52,259 nucleotides of DNA, taken from assembly GCA_040392305.1 (NCBI GenBank), contig JBEBWH010000001.1:1-52259 (forward strand), in the 5' to 3' direction. This DNA is from Bradyrhizobium sp. (lineage in GTDB: Bacteria; Pseudomonadota; Alphaproteobacteria; Rhizobiales; Xanthobacteraceae). Below are positions 1 through 9,909 of the stretch, piece after piece. Each line of letters opens with the position of its first letter. Position 1 is the first letter of the stretch. The notes below the pieces were generated by a model. The model was not told where the DNA came from and did not search any database. It worked only from the letters and a program-made list of their open reading frames with translations. Both the position numbers and the translations under genes were made by a program.

Positions 1-1070
1 AGGCCGGGGCCTACAAGGCATTGTGCGCGCATGACTTCGAGCCGGAATGGATCGCCGGGATTTCGATCGGCGCGATCAATGCGGCGATCATCGCCGGCAA
101 TCCGCGCGAACAGCGCGTGGCGCGGCTCGAGGAATTCTGGAATCTGGTGTCGGCTCCGGTGCCGTGGACGCCGAAGCTGACCAGCGATCACGGCCGTTCG
201 TTTTTCAACGAGGCAAGCGCGGCGACGGTGGCGGCGCTCGGCGTGCCGGGATTTTTCATGCCGCGCATCCCGCCCGCGCAGTTTCTGCCGTCGGCGCGGG
301 TCGATCAGCTCAGCTATTACGACACCAAGCCGCTGCGCGCGACGCTGGAGCGGCTGGTCGATTTCGACCGCATCAATTCCGGCGTGACGCGGCTGAGCGT
401 GGGCGCCGTCCATATCAAGACCGGCAACTTCGTCTATTTCGACAATACGCGCTGCAAGATCGGTCCGGAGCATATCATGGCGTCCGGCGCGCTGCCGCCC
501 GGCTTGCCGGCGGTGGAGATCGACGGCGAGTTCTACTGGGACGGCGGCGTCGCCTCCAACACGCCGCTCGACTACGTGCTGGACCAGAACGCGCGCGACG
601 ATCTGCTGATCTTCCAGATCGACCTGTTCAGCGCGCGCGGGCCGCTGCCGACCACGCTGCTCGAGGTGACGGAGCGCGAGAAGGACATCCGCTATTCCAG
701 CCGGACCCGGCTCAATACCGATCTCAACAAGCGCATCCGGCAGGCGCGTCACGCGGTGCAGGCGCTGATCGACAAGCTGCCGGACGACCTCAGATCGGAC
801 CCCACGGTCGCTTTTCTGAGCGAGGCCGCCAAAGAGAACAGCGTGACGGTGGTGCATCTGATCTACCGGCGCAAGACCCATCAGTCGTCGTCGAAGGACT
901 ATGATTTTTCGCGGCTGAGCGTGCTGGACCATTGGCGCGCGGGCGAAGAGGACGTCCATCGCTCGGTGCGCGCCCCCGAGAAGTTCATTCATCGGCCGCA
1001 TGACGACACGATGGTGGCGCTCGACCTCACGCCGCAGAACGGCAGTACGGAACATTCAGGTGAAGACTAG
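1..1070 (+). CDS. patatin-like phospholipase family protein (5' end cut by window edge)
   Basis: Reading frame is open to the window edge. GxSxG nucleophile motif (GISIG). DGG catalytic-Asp motif (YWDGGVASNTP). C-terminal part resembles the extension seen in bacterial patatins. Confidence 0.85.
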   Translation, partial: AGAYKALCAHDFEPEWIAGISIGAINAAIIAGNPREQRVARLEEFWNLVSAPVPWTPKLTSDHGRSFFNEASAATVAALGVPGFFMPRIPPAQFLPSARVDQLSYYDTKPLRATLERLVDFDRINSGVTRLSVGAVHIKTGNFVYFDNTRCKIGPEHIMASGALPPGLPAVEIDGEFYWDGGVASNTPLDYVLDQNARDDLLIFQIDLFSARGPLPTTLLEVTEREKDIRYSSRTRLNTDLNKRIRQARHAVQALIDKLPDDLRSDPTVAFLSEAAKENSVTVVHLIYRRKTHQSSSKDYDFSRLSVLDHWRAGEEDVHRSVRAPEKFIHRPHDDTMVALDLTPQNGSTEHSGED

Positions 1071-1085
1071 AGCAAGGAGCGGAAC

Positions 1086-1874
1086 ATGGTGTCGCTGACG
1101 AACAGGACGGCGGTGGTGACGGGATCGACCAGCGGCATCGGGCTCGCCTATGCGCGGGCGCTGGCCAGCGCGGGCGCCAATGTCGTCATCAACGGCTTCG
1201 GCGATGCGGCCGAGATCGAGCAGGCGCGCGCCGGCATCGAGGCGGAGTTCAAGGTCAAGGCGGTCTACTCGCCCGCCGACATGACCAAGCCCGCCGAGAT
1301 CGCGGAAATGGTGGCGCTCGGCGAAAAGACCTTCGGCGCGGTCGATATCCTCATCAACAATGCCGGCATCCAGTTCGTGTCGCCGGTTGAGGAATTCCCG
1401 GCCGAGAAATGGGACGCGATCATCGCCATCAACCTGTCGTCGGCGTTTCATGCGATCCACGCGGCCGTGCCCGGCATGAAGAAGCGCGGCTGGGGCCGCA
1501 TCATCAACACGGCGTCGGCGCATTCGCTGGTGGCTTCGCCCTTCAAGGCGGCCTATGTCGCGGCCAAGCATGGCATTGCCGGGCTGACCAAGACGGTGGC
1601 GCTGGAGCTTGCGCCGTTCAAGATCACCTGCAACTGCATCTCGCCGGGCTATGTCTGGACGCCGCTGGTGGAGAAGCAGATTCCCGACACCATGAAGTCG
1701 CGCAACCTGACGCGGGACCAGGTCATCAAGGACGTGCTGCTGGCGGCTCAGCCGACCAAGGAGTTCGTGACCTCCGAGCAGGTGGCGGCGCTCGCGCTCT
1801 ATCTGTGCGGCGATGAGGCGAGCCAGATCACTGGCGCCAACCTGTCGATGGATGGCGGCTGGACCGCCGCCTGA
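1086..1874 (+). CDS. bdhA: 3-hydroxybutyrate dehydrogenase (short-chain dehydrogenase/reductase)
   Basis: 262 aa. TGSTSGIG Rossmann motif, NNAG, YxxxK (YVAAKHG). Overall pattern is that of BdhA-type SDRs. Start is 16 nt after the previous stop, with GGAG upstream. Confidence 0.8.
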   Translation: MVSLTNRTAVVTGSTSGIGLAYARALASAGANVVINGFGDAAEIEQARAGIEAEFKVKAVYSPADMTKPAEIAEMVALGEKTFGAVDILINNAGIQFVSPVEEFPAEKWDAIIAINLSSAFHAIHAAVPGMKKRGWGRIINTASAHSLVASPFKAAYVAAKHGIAGLTKTVALELAPFKITCNCISPGYVWTPLVEKQIPDTMKSRNLTRDQVIKDVLLAAQPTKEFVTSEQVAALALYLCGDEASQITGANLSMDGGWTAA

Positions 1875-1916
1875 ACCCTCAAGCCGGGAGCGGACGGGGC
1901 ACGGTTTTGCGGAATG

Positions 1917-3305
1917 TCAGGTGGTCGCGCGGCCGCGACCGCCGAACGGCAGCACATGAAGCCCGAGCCGGCGCCGTGTGATCCAGAACAGCAGCACGCT
2001 TTCGAAGGTGAGCGCGATCGAGGTGGCGGCGGCCGCGCCATAGCCGCCATAGTCCGGCACGAGCAGCACGCACAGCGTCAGATTCACGACGAAGGCGAGC
2101 GCATAGGCGAGCGCGCACATGTTCTGGTGGCCGAGCATGTTGAGAAGACGCTCGACCGGGCCGACCGCGCCGCGCACCACGAGGCCGACGGCGGCGACGA
2201 ACATCATGCCGTAGCCGGCGACGAATTGCGGGCCGAACAGCCACAACAGCGGCCTGCCGAGCGCGAGCAGCACGAGCATCGCGGCCACCGTCGGCCAGAA
2301 CGTCCATTTGATGGAGGAGGCGACATAGGCCGCGAGCCCGGCGGTGTCGCCGGTGGCGTGATAGCTGGCGAAGCGATGCGCGGTGGTCGCCGCCATCGCG
2401 TAATGGATGAACGACACCAGCGCCAGCGTCTTGACCACCGCGAAATAGATGCCGACCTCCTCGGACGAGCGGAACTGCTGCAGCACCAGGACGTCGCTGT
2501 AGGACAGCAGCAGATAGAATCCTTCCACCATCATGATCGGCAGCGACACCGCGACCCAGCCGCGGATGTCGTGGGTCTTGTCGCCGTCCGGCACGGTCGC
2601 GCGCAGCCGCCGGTTGAGGGTGACGAGCTGGCCGATCATCGCCACCCACACCGCGATCAGGCTCGCCAGCATCGCACCGGTGGCGTCGACATCGAAGCCG
2701 AGCGCGATCGCGCCGGCGAGCAGCCCGATCAGCAGTGTCTGGCGCATGATGAACTGCGGCAGCAGCGCGAGCTTCATCCAGTCGTAGGTGCGTGCGATGC
2801 CGTCCTGCGTATTGGCGACGACGAAAGCCGGCAGCACGGCGCAGCCGAGATAGAGCGGCATCACCGTTTCGGCGTCGATCCATGGCGTCAGCAGCCAGAC
2901 CAGCGCGGCCAATAGCAGCGACACCGCGGTCGATACCGCAAGCGTCAGCCAGCGGCTGCCGGAGAGAAAGCCGCGCAGCGCCGCCATGTCGCCATGCGCG
3001 CGGTATTCCGGGATCAGCTTCTGCGCGCCGACGGCGATGCCGAAATCCATCATGCTGCCGAGCAGCAGCACCCAGGTCCAGACATAGACATAGACGCCGT
3101 AGTCGGTGCCGCCCATCCAGCGCGCCAGCAGCACCTGCGCGAAATAGGCGAGGCTTGCGCTGAGCACGCGGATGATGAAGACGATGCTGGCGAGGCGGTT
3201 GGTGGTCGAGGCGGCGCTGGTGCCGGTCACGGTCGCGCGCAACCGCGCGAGCAGGCCGCGCGGACCGATGGCAGTATCGCTTCCGGGATCAGCGCTCATC
3301 GACAT
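1917..3305 (-). CDS. polysaccharide/oligosaccharide flippase-like membrane protein (MOP/Wzx-type)
   Basis: 462 aa, multi-pass hydrophobic protein with the layout of Wzx/MOP-superfamily polysaccharide biosynthesis proteins. No catalytic motifs. Confidence 0.65.
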   Translation of the reverse strand: MSMSADPGSDTAIGPRGLLARLRATVTGTSAASTTNRLASIVFIIRVLSASLAYFAQVLLARWMGGTDYGVYVYVWTWVLLLGSMMDFGIAVGAQKLIPEYRAHGDMAALRGFLSGSRWLTLAVSTAVSLLLAALVWLLTPWIDAETVMPLYLGCAVLPAFVVANTQDGIARTYDWMKLALLPQFIMRQTLLIGLLAGAIALGFDVDATGAMLASLIAVWVAMIGQLVTLNRRLRATVPDGDKTHDIRGWVAVSLPIMMVEGFYLLLSYSDVLVLQQFRSSEEVGIYFAVVKTLALVSFIHYAMAATTAHRFASYHATGDTAGLAAYVASSIKWTFWPTVAAMLVLLALGRPLLWLFGPQFVAGYGMMFVAAVGLVVRGAVGPVERLLNMLGHQNMCALAYALAFVVNLTLCVLLVPDYGGYGAAAATSIALTFESVLLFWITRRRLGLHVLPFGGRGRATT

Positions 3306-3408
3306 TCAATGGTGAAGGGTGGCCGGGCTCGCCGAACACGGCATCGGCGGTCCGGCGCATCACTATCGCAACCATTCGTTAAGATAGCGTTGGATCGGCC
3401 GCCGAAAC

Positions 3409-3978
3409 TCAGCCGGCGAAGCCGCCTTCGGCGAGGAAGGTGGCTTCCTCCGGCGTGGTGGCGCGGCCGAGCACGGCGTTGCGATGCGGGAAACGGCCGA
3501 AGCGCTTGATGATGTCGAGATGCAGGTCGGCCCATTTCAGGCTCTCGGCGTCGCCCATGGCGCGGAACAGCGCAACGCTGCGTTCCTGGTCGGCCATCGC
3601 TTCCGAATGCTCGAACGGCAGATACATGAAGGCGCGCAAGGCCGGTTCGATGCGCTGATCGGCGCTGCGCGCGATCGCGCGCTCGGCGATCTCGCGCGCC
3701 AGCGCGTCGGCGGAGAAGGCGCGCGCGTCGTCGCGGAACATGTTGCGCGAGAACTGGTCGAGGACGAGGATCAGCGCCAGCGTGCCCTCGTCGCTTTCTT
3801 CCCATGCGCGGAGACGTCCGGCGCTGGCGGCCTCCCATGTCGGAAGGAAGCGCCGGCGCAGTTCGTCATCGAAGGCGGTGTCCTTCGCATACCAGCGCGC
3901 CGGCCCGGCCTCGCGCCAGAAGGCGACAATATCGGCGGGCGAGGCGAGCATGGCATCGGTCATCGTCAGGTCATCCAT
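3409..3978 (-). CDS. DUF924 family protein
   Basis: 189 aa. N-terminal 'IVAFWREAGPARWYAKDTAFDDELRRRF' and 'LVLDQFSRNMFR' are typical of DUF924. Confidence 0.8.
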   Translation of the reverse strand: MDDLTMTDAMLASPADIVAFWREAGPARWYAKDTAFDDELRRRFLPTWEAASAGRLRAWEESDEGTLALILVLDQFSRNMFRDDARAFSADALAREIAERAIARSADQRIEPALRAFMYLPFEHSEAMADQERSVALFRAMGDAESLKWADLHLDIIKRFGRFPHRNAVLGRATTPEEATFLAEGGFAG

Positions 3979-4104
3979 GGTTGTTGAAGGGTGCTGCGGG
4001 GTGCGGCCCGAATGCCTAGCTAGCAGGTCGCGGCAGGATGATCCACCGCCGCGCCGGTCAGGGCAGGCCGTGCAATGAGCATCTCATGAAGCGCGAAAGC
4101 GCAC

Positions 4105-4137
4105 AAAAAATGGCCGGATCGCTTCCGGCCATTTTTC
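4105..4137 (-). terminator. rho-independent terminator downstream of fadD (A-run/hairpin/T-run, could act on either strand)
   Basis: AAAAAA-TGGCCGGA-tcgct-TCCGGCCA-TTTTT. 8-bp GC-rich stem with a 5-nt loop. On the minus strand it is followed by a T6 run, about 60 nt after the fadD stop. Confidence 0.7.
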
Positions 4138-4196
4138 AAACGTGTTGCGCGCTCCACGCAAGTCGCGCCGCTTGCGGCGACCGTGCGGAAATGGCG

Positions 4197-5894
4197 TCAG
4201 GCCACGGCCTTCTGCGTCTCGTCGCGCAGCTCGCGGCGCAGGATCTTGCCGACATTGCTCTTCGGCAATTCAGTGCGGAATTCGATATGCTTCGGCACCT
4301 TGTAGTTGGTGAGCTGCGTGGCCGCGAACTTGATGATGTCCTGCGCGGTGACGTTGGGGTCCTTCTTGACCACGAAGGCTTTCACCACCTCGGTCGATTT
4401 CGCATCCGGGATGCCGATCACCGCGCATTCCAGCACGCCGGGATGGCTGGCGATCACTTCCTCGATCTCGTTCGGATAGACGTTGAAGCCCGAGACCAGG
4501 ATCATGTCCTTCTTGCGATCGACGATCTTGGTGTAGCCGTTCTCGTCCATGATGCCGATGTCGCCGGTGCGGAAATAGCCGTCCGGCGTCGTCACCTTGG
4601 CGGTCTCGTCGGGCCGGTTCCAGTAGCCTGGCATCACCTGCGGACCCTTGGCGCAGATTTCGCCGGGCTGGCCGAGCGGCACCTCGTTGTTGTCGTCGTC
4701 GCGGATCGAGATCCAGGTCGAGGGCACCGGCAGGCCGATCGAGCCGGTATAGCGGTCGGTGTCGGCCGGGTTGCAGGTCAAGACCGGCGAGGTTTCCGAC
4801 AGGCCGTAGCCTTCCGACAGCGCCGTCCCGGTAGCCTTCAGCCACGCCTCGGCGACCGGCTTCTGCACCGCCATGCCGCCGCCGAACGAGACCTTGAGCT
4901 TGGAGAAGTCGATCTTGCCGAAATCGGGATGGTGGACCAGCGCGTTGTAGAGCGTGTTGACGGCCGGGAAGCTGTTGACCTGATACTTCTGCAATTCCTT
5001 GATGAAGCCCGGAATGTCGCGCGGGTTGGGAATCAGCAGGTTGACGCCGCCGGTGCGCACGCCGAGCAGGAAGCACGCGGTCAGGGCGAAGATGTGATAG
5101 AGCGGCAGCGCGCAGACAATCATGAGCTGATCGACGACCGGGGGCTTCTTCAGCGCCGGCTGAAGCCAGGCGTCGTTCTGCAGCATATTGGCGACGATGT
5201 TGCGATGGAGCAGCATCGCGCCCTTGGAAACGCCGGTGGTGCCGCCGGTATATTGCAGGAAGGCGATGTCGTCGGGGCCGAGCTCGGGCTTGCTGAACTT
5301 CATCTGGCGGCCGGCGCTGATGGCGTCGTTGAAGGCGACGGAGCCCGGCAGCGAGAACGACGGCACCATCTTCTTCACCCGGCGCACGACGAAATTGACG
5401 ATCATCCCCTTGAAGCCGAGCAGATCGCCCATCGTGCCGACGACGACGTGCTTGACGCTGGTCTGGCTGATCACCTTGTCCAGCGTCGCGGCGAAGTTCT
5501 CGAGAATGATGATGGCTTCCGCGCCGGAGTCGGTGAGCTGATGCAGCAGTTCGCGCGAGGTGTAGAGCGGATTGACGTTCACCACGGTGTAGCCCGCGCG
5601 CAGAATGGCGGCGCTGGCGATCGGGTTCTGCAGCACGTTCGGCATCATGATGGCGACGCGCGCGCCTTTCTTCAGGCCCTTGCTTTGCAGCCAGGCGCCG
5701 AGCGCCAGCGACATTTCGCCGAGCTCGCCATAGGTGATCGCCTTGTCCATGCAGATGAACGCCTTGCGGTCGCGGAATTTGGCAAAGCTTTCCTCGAGCA
5801 GTTCGACCAGCGAAGCGTATTGCGTGACGTCGATGTCGTGCGGCACGCCCTCCGGGTAGTGCTTCAGCCAGATCCGCTCCATTTTTCTCTCCAT
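4197..5894 (-). CDS. fadD: long-chain fatty acid--CoA ligase
   Basis: AMP-binding signature LQYTGGTTGVSKGA, then GYGLSETSP, TGDIG, and C-terminal PKSNVGKILRREL. Start chosen at MERKMERIW (ATG 5894, alternative 5882) rather than the longest ORF start at 5987. Confidence 0.9.
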   Translation of the reverse strand: MERKMERIWLKHYPEGVPHDIDVTQYASLVELLEESFAKFRDRKAFICMDKAITYGELGEMSLALGAWLQSKGLKKGARVAIMMPNVLQNPIASAAILRAGYTVVNVNPLYTSRELLHQLTDSGAEAIIILENFAATLDKVISQTSVKHVVVGTMGDLLGFKGMIVNFVVRRVKKMVPSFSLPGSVAFNDAISAGRQMKFSKPELGPDDIAFLQYTGGTTGVSKGAMLLHRNIVANMLQNDAWLQPALKKPPVVDQLMIVCALPLYHIFALTACFLLGVRTGGVNLLIPNPRDIPGFIKELQKYQVNSFPAVNTLYNALVHHPDFGKIDFSKLKVSFGGGMAVQKPVAEAWLKATGTALSEGYGLSETSPVLTCNPADTDRYTGSIGLPVPSTWISIRDDDNNEVPLGQPGEICAKGPQVMPGYWNRPDETAKVTTPDGYFRTGDIGIMDENGYTKIVDRKKDMILVSGFNVYPNEIEEVIASHPGVLECAVIGIPDAKSTEVVKAFVVKKDPNVTAQDIIKFAATQLTNYKVPKHIEFRTELPKSNVGKILRRELRDETQKAVA

Positions 5895-6056
5895 GGTCGT
5901 TACATGCCCTTGTCCAGCGGGCATTTTGCGCCTGCTTCCAAGGCTGTCAGACAGCGGAAGTATTGGCGAAGCAGCTGCAACTCGCAAGCATGGCGTGAAC
6001 CGTCATTGCCGCAGGGGTGCGCAGTCTTCCGCTGTGCGGATGGCGAGAACGGCTGC

Positions 6057-7622
6057 TCAGGAGCCGGGGCGGGGCGCGCCGGCCGTTTTCGGCGCGGCGG
6101 CCTTTGGCGCTGCTGCTTTCGGCGCGGCTTTGGGTTTGGCGTGGGCCGGCGCGGCGGGCTTGGCCTGCGATGACGCCGCGGCCGGGCCATTCTGCCGTGG
6201 TGCGGCCGGTTTCACCGCCGCCTTGCCGTCGGTCTTGGTGTCGACCGTCACCGCGACCTTGGGCTTGGTGCCCTTCGCGGCCTGATCCTTGTCGGCGGCG
6301 CCCTTGTCAGCCTGCGCCTTGGCGGCGCGCTTCTTGTTGCGGGCGGCCGCGATGCGGGCCTTGCGCGCCTGCACGGCGGCCTCCTGCCGCTGCGCTTCTT
6401 CCTCGGCGGCGGCGATCAGCGCCGCGCCCGAGCGCGCGGGGCCGGTATGAACGATCACCGGTTCGGCCGGCGCGGCGGGCAGCGCCAGCAGCTCGGCCGG
6501 CTTCAGGCTGCCGGGCGGCTGGAAGCCGGCCGCGAACAGCTTGAAGCCGCTGTCCTCGCCGCCGGCAATCTCGTCCTCGTTCTCCGCCGCCGGGCGCTTG
6601 CGCTTCGGGCCGCACACCTCGTCGCGCAGGTTGGGCGGCGCGGCCTCGATCGGCGCGAGATTTTCAACGGTGCCGAGCGCCGGCCTGAGCCAGGTCAGGT
6701 TGCCGCCGGAGAAGCCGTTGTCGAGCAGCTGCGCCGCCTTCACCGCGCGCAGATGCGACGACGGCGCGCCCATCACGACCGCGATCAGCCGCTTGTTGCC
6801 GCGCGTCGCCGACGCCACGAGGTTGAAGCCGGAAGCGCAGATGAAGCCGGTCTTCATGCCGTCCGCACCGGGATAGCGGCCGATCAGCTTGTTGAAGTTC
6901 TGCGTCACGCGGCGGCCGAACTTGATCGCCTGGATGTGGACGAAATATTCGTATTCGGGCAGGTCGCGGATGATCGCGCGCGACAGGATCGCCATATCGC
7001 GGGCGGATGTGACCTGGCCGTCGGCGGGCAGGCCGTTGGGATTGACGAAATGGGACTGCGTCATGCCGAGCCGCTGCGCGGTGCGGTTCATCTGTTCGGA
7101 GAAGCCGTCGATGGAGCCGCCGACCCCTTCCGCCAGCACCACCGCCATATCGTTGGCGGACTTCACCATCATCATCTTGAGCGCGTTATCGACGGTGACC
7201 TGCGTGCCGGCGGCGAAGCCCATCTTGGAGGGCTGCTGGGCGGTCGCGTTGGGCGAAACCTTCAACAGCGTGTCGAGCGAGAGCCGCTTCTCCTTCACCG
7301 CCTGCAGCGTGACATAGGCCGTCATCAGCTTGGTCAGCGAGGCGGGATACCACGGATAGGTCGCATTCTCCGCCTGCAGCACCTTGCCGGTGTCGGCCTC
7401 GATCAGCAGCAGCGCCTCGGCGGCGCGCGCGGCGGGGGCCGACAATGCAGTGGCCGTAACGGCAGCGGCGGCGAGCCATCGCGGCAGGCGGCGCGAAATC
7501 AGCGATAAAAGACGGGATGCAGAAGAAGATGCCACAGTCTCGTTCCGGTTGTTCCAGTTCGCGCTGTCGGGCGACCTGATCCGCATCTCGACGGATGCCG
7601 GCCACTCTTGTCCTCGGGACAT
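6057..7622 (-). CDS. D-alanyl-D-alanine carboxypeptidase (PBP5/6-type serine peptidase) with Ala/Lys/Pro-rich C-terminal tail
   Basis: SxxK (ASLTKLM), SxN (KSANDM) and KTG (MKTGF) motifs in order. Signal peptide ends ...APAARA-AEA. The true start is probably internal, e.g. GTG at 7535. Confidence 0.85.
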   Translation of the reverse strand: MSRGQEWPASVEMRIRSPDSANWNNRNETVASSSASRLLSLISRRLPRWLAAAAVTATALSAPAARAAEALLLIEADTGKVLQAENATYPWYPASLTKLMTAYVTLQAVKEKRLSLDTLLKVSPNATAQQPSKMGFAAGTQVTVDNALKMMMVKSANDMAVVLAEGVGGSIDGFSEQMNRTAQRLGMTQSHFVNPNGLPADGQVTSARDMAILSRAIIRDLPEYEYFVHIQAIKFGRRVTQNFNKLIGRYPGADGMKTGFICASGFNLVASATRGNKRLIAVVMGAPSSHLRAVKAAQLLDNGFSGGNLTWLRPALGTVENLAPIEAAPPNLRDEVCGPKRKRPAAENEDEIAGGEDSGFKLFAAGFQPPGSLKPAELLALPAAPAEPVIVHTGPARSGAALIAAAEEEAQRQEAAVQARKARIAAARNKKRAAKAQADKGAADKDQAAKGTKPKVAVTVDTKTDGKAAVKPAAPRQNGPAAASSQAKPAAPAHAKPKAAPKAAAPKAAAPKTAGAPRPGS

Positions 7623-7895
7623 TCAACGCATCATCCGATACAGGGAACGTCCCTCGCATGCCGCAGCCGACAGGGCCGAAGACCGGCGCACCATCGTTCC
7701 TACCGCTTGCCGTGATGATCGTGACATTCGCGGTCACGACCGATGCCGTTTCGCTGACGCCGCCATCGCACATGTGATGACGGTGGTTGCGACGCCGTCG
7801 CCGGCTGCCGCGGTTGTGACCTTATACCGGACGTTGCGCCCCGAACAGGGGCAACTGGTTTCATTCCCAAGGAAAGGGGCCAAATTTCGACCGTG

Positions 7896-9719
7896 TCAGG
7901 GTTCGTGGGGCGGATTATCGGCAGATGCGATGGTTGCTCCGTCGGGTGTGGCAGCGGTTCCCTGCGTCATGAACTGCGCCTGCGCCAGTTTGGCGAAGTG
8001 GCCGCCCTGCGCCACCAGTTCGTCGAAGGTGCCGCTTTCGATGATGCGGCCATCTTCGAACACCAGAATGCGCGTCGCATTGCGGATGGTGGAAAGGCGG
8101 TGCGCAATGACGAAAGTGGTGCGGCCTTTCATCACCTCATCGAGCGCGGCGTTGACCTTGGCTTCGGTCACGGCGTCGAGTGCGCTGGTCGCCTCATCGA
8201 GGATCAGGATCGGCGGGTTTTTCAAAAGCGCGCGGGCGATCGACAGGCGCTGGCGCTCGCCGCCCGACAGCATGCGGCCGCGCTCGCCGGCATTGGTGTC
8301 GAATTTCGCGCTCGCCCGCTCGATGAACTCCAGCGCCTGCGCGCGCCCGGCGGCGATCCGCATCTCCGCTTCGGTGGCGTCGGGTTTGCCGACGCGCAGG
8401 TTATCGGCGATGGTGCGGTTGAACAGCAGCGCTTCCTGGAACACGACGCCGATATTCCGCCGCAGCGAGGCCAGCGTGATGCCGCGGATGTCCATGCCGT
8501 CGATCTTGATCAGCCCGGACTGCGGGTCGAAGGCGCGATGCAACAGCGCGATCGCGGTCGACTTGCCCGCGCCGGTCGGGCCGACCAGCGCGATGGTCTG
8601 GCCGGGCAGCGCGGTGAAGGTGAGATCGGCGACTGCGGGCCGCTTGCCGTCATAGGAAAACGACACGTCCTGAAATTCGACGAGGCCCTGCATGTGGCCG
8701 ACGTCGATAGCGCCGGGGCGGTCATGCACCACCGGCACGGCGTCGAGCACGTCGAAGAATTCCTGCAGGCGCGGCGCTTCCATGAACACGTTGTTGATGA
8801 AGCCGACCACCTGCTCCAGCTTCTGGATCAGCAGCGTGGCGAACGACACGAACATCACGATCTCGCCGACGGTGGTTTGCCCGCGCGCGTGCAGATAGAT
8901 GCCGACGGTGAAGATCGCGAGCACGGTGATGGTGGTCGAGGCCCGCGTCATCACCGTTACCAGCGCCCACCACGACAGCACCGGCATCTGCACCGACAAC
9001 AGCTTGTCGGCGACGCCGCGCAGGCCCGCCACCTCGGCATCGATGCGCACGAAGCTCTGCACCAGCGCCACGTTGCCGAGCGCATCGGAGGCGCGCGCCG
9101 ACAGGTTGCTGTAGTGTTCCTCGACTTCGCTCTGCAGGCCGTAAGTCTTGCGCACCACCAGCGTGGTCAGCGCGGTGAAGACGATGCACAGCGCGAACAA
9201 TAGCGAGGCCAGCCGCCAGTTGATCGTGAAGGCGAGCGGCAGCAGCACGATGAGCGAGACGATGGCGGCGAAATGCTCGCGGAAGAAGCCGAGCCACAGC
9301 CGCCACAGCGCATCGGTGCCCTGCAGCATCACCTTCATCAGCCGTCCCGAATGGGTGCCGGTGTGAAAGGTCAGCGGCAGTTGCAGGATGTGTTCGAAAT
9401 AGCCGGTCAGCACCGCCTGCCGCTGGCGATGGGCAAGGCGGTCGGCATGCAGCGCCACCACCGCGCCGCAGACGATGGTGAACAGCCCGAATGCGACCCA
9501 GGCGGCAAGCAGCGGCCAGGGCGATCCGTCTCCCCAGAACGAGGCCGCCTTATCTGCGGTCGCGGGGGCGGACAGCACGTCGATGATGCGGCCGAACAGC
9601 ACCGGCTCGGCGAACTGCGCCGCCGCCAGCAGCAGATTGGCGCCGGCAAGGATCCAGCCGAGCCGGGCCTCCTTGCCGAGCAGGCCGAGAACGCGGGAAT
9701 AAATGCGGACGAGCGACAT
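7896..9719 (-). CDS. ndvA: ABC exporter, fused permease/ATPase, NdvA/ChvA-like (cyclic beta-1,2-glucan export family)
   Basis: 607 aa. N-terminus [14 protein letters not shown]...[14 protein letters not shown] resembles the NdvA/ChvA N-terminus. Walker [10 protein letters not shown], signature LSGGERQR, Walker [13 protein letters not shown]. Confidence 0.7.
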   Translation of the reverse strand: MSLVRIYSRVLGLLGKEARLGWILAGANLLLAAAQFAEPVLFGRIIDVLSAPATADKAASFWGDGSPWPLLAAWVAFGLFTIVCGAVVALHADRLAHRQRQAVLTGYFEHILQLPLTFHTGTHSGRLMKVMLQGTDALWRLWLGFFREHFAAIVSLIVLLPLAFTINWRLASLLFALCIVFTALTTLVVRKTYGLQSEVEEHYSNLSARASDALGNVALVQSFVRIDAEVAGLRGVADKLLSVQMPVLSWWALVTVMTRASTTITVLAIFTVGIYLHARGQTTVGEIVMFVSFATLLIQKLEQVVGFINNVFMEAPRLQEFFDVLDAVPVVHDRPGAIDVGHMQGLVEFQDVSFSYDGKRPAVADLTFTALPGQTIALVGPTGAGKSTAIALLHRAFDPQSGLIKIDGMDIRGITLASLRRNIGVVFQEALLFNRTIADNLRVGKPDATEAEMRIAAGRAQALEFIERASAKFDTNAGERGRMLSGGERQRLSIARALLKNPPILILDEATSALDAVTEAKVNAALDEVMKGRTTFVIAHRLSTIRNATRILVFEDGRIIESGTFDELVAQGGHFAKLAQAQFMTQGTAATPDGATIASADNPPHEP

Positions 9720-9909
9720 GAGATGTCCCCAGACGATGCGATTTTATACAGGGAAGAGGACGACGGAAATCGGCTTTCGCGGCCATCCCAAGGAACGGAA
9801 GAGGCGAGACGGGCTCTTTCGGCGGTTCATGGCTGCGATGAGCGAGACGGGGGACTTGCTCTCCACGCATTTCTGACGCGGGACCGGTGTCCGCTCCGCT
9901 CGAAAACGC

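Noticed and set aside
1914-2915. Plus- and minus-strand ORFs (1914..2915, 1879..2883) overlapping the flippase-like gene
   Set aside because: They have a highly charged His/Arg/Asp/Glu composition. The hydrophobic multi-TM frame (1917..3305, minus) is the only protein-like reading.
4038-6173. 711-aa plus-strand ORF opposite fadD
   Set aside because: Shadow ORF. fadD on the minus strand has the complete AMP-binding signature set. The plus-strand product has no motifs and an extreme Arg/Ala/Gly/Asp bias.
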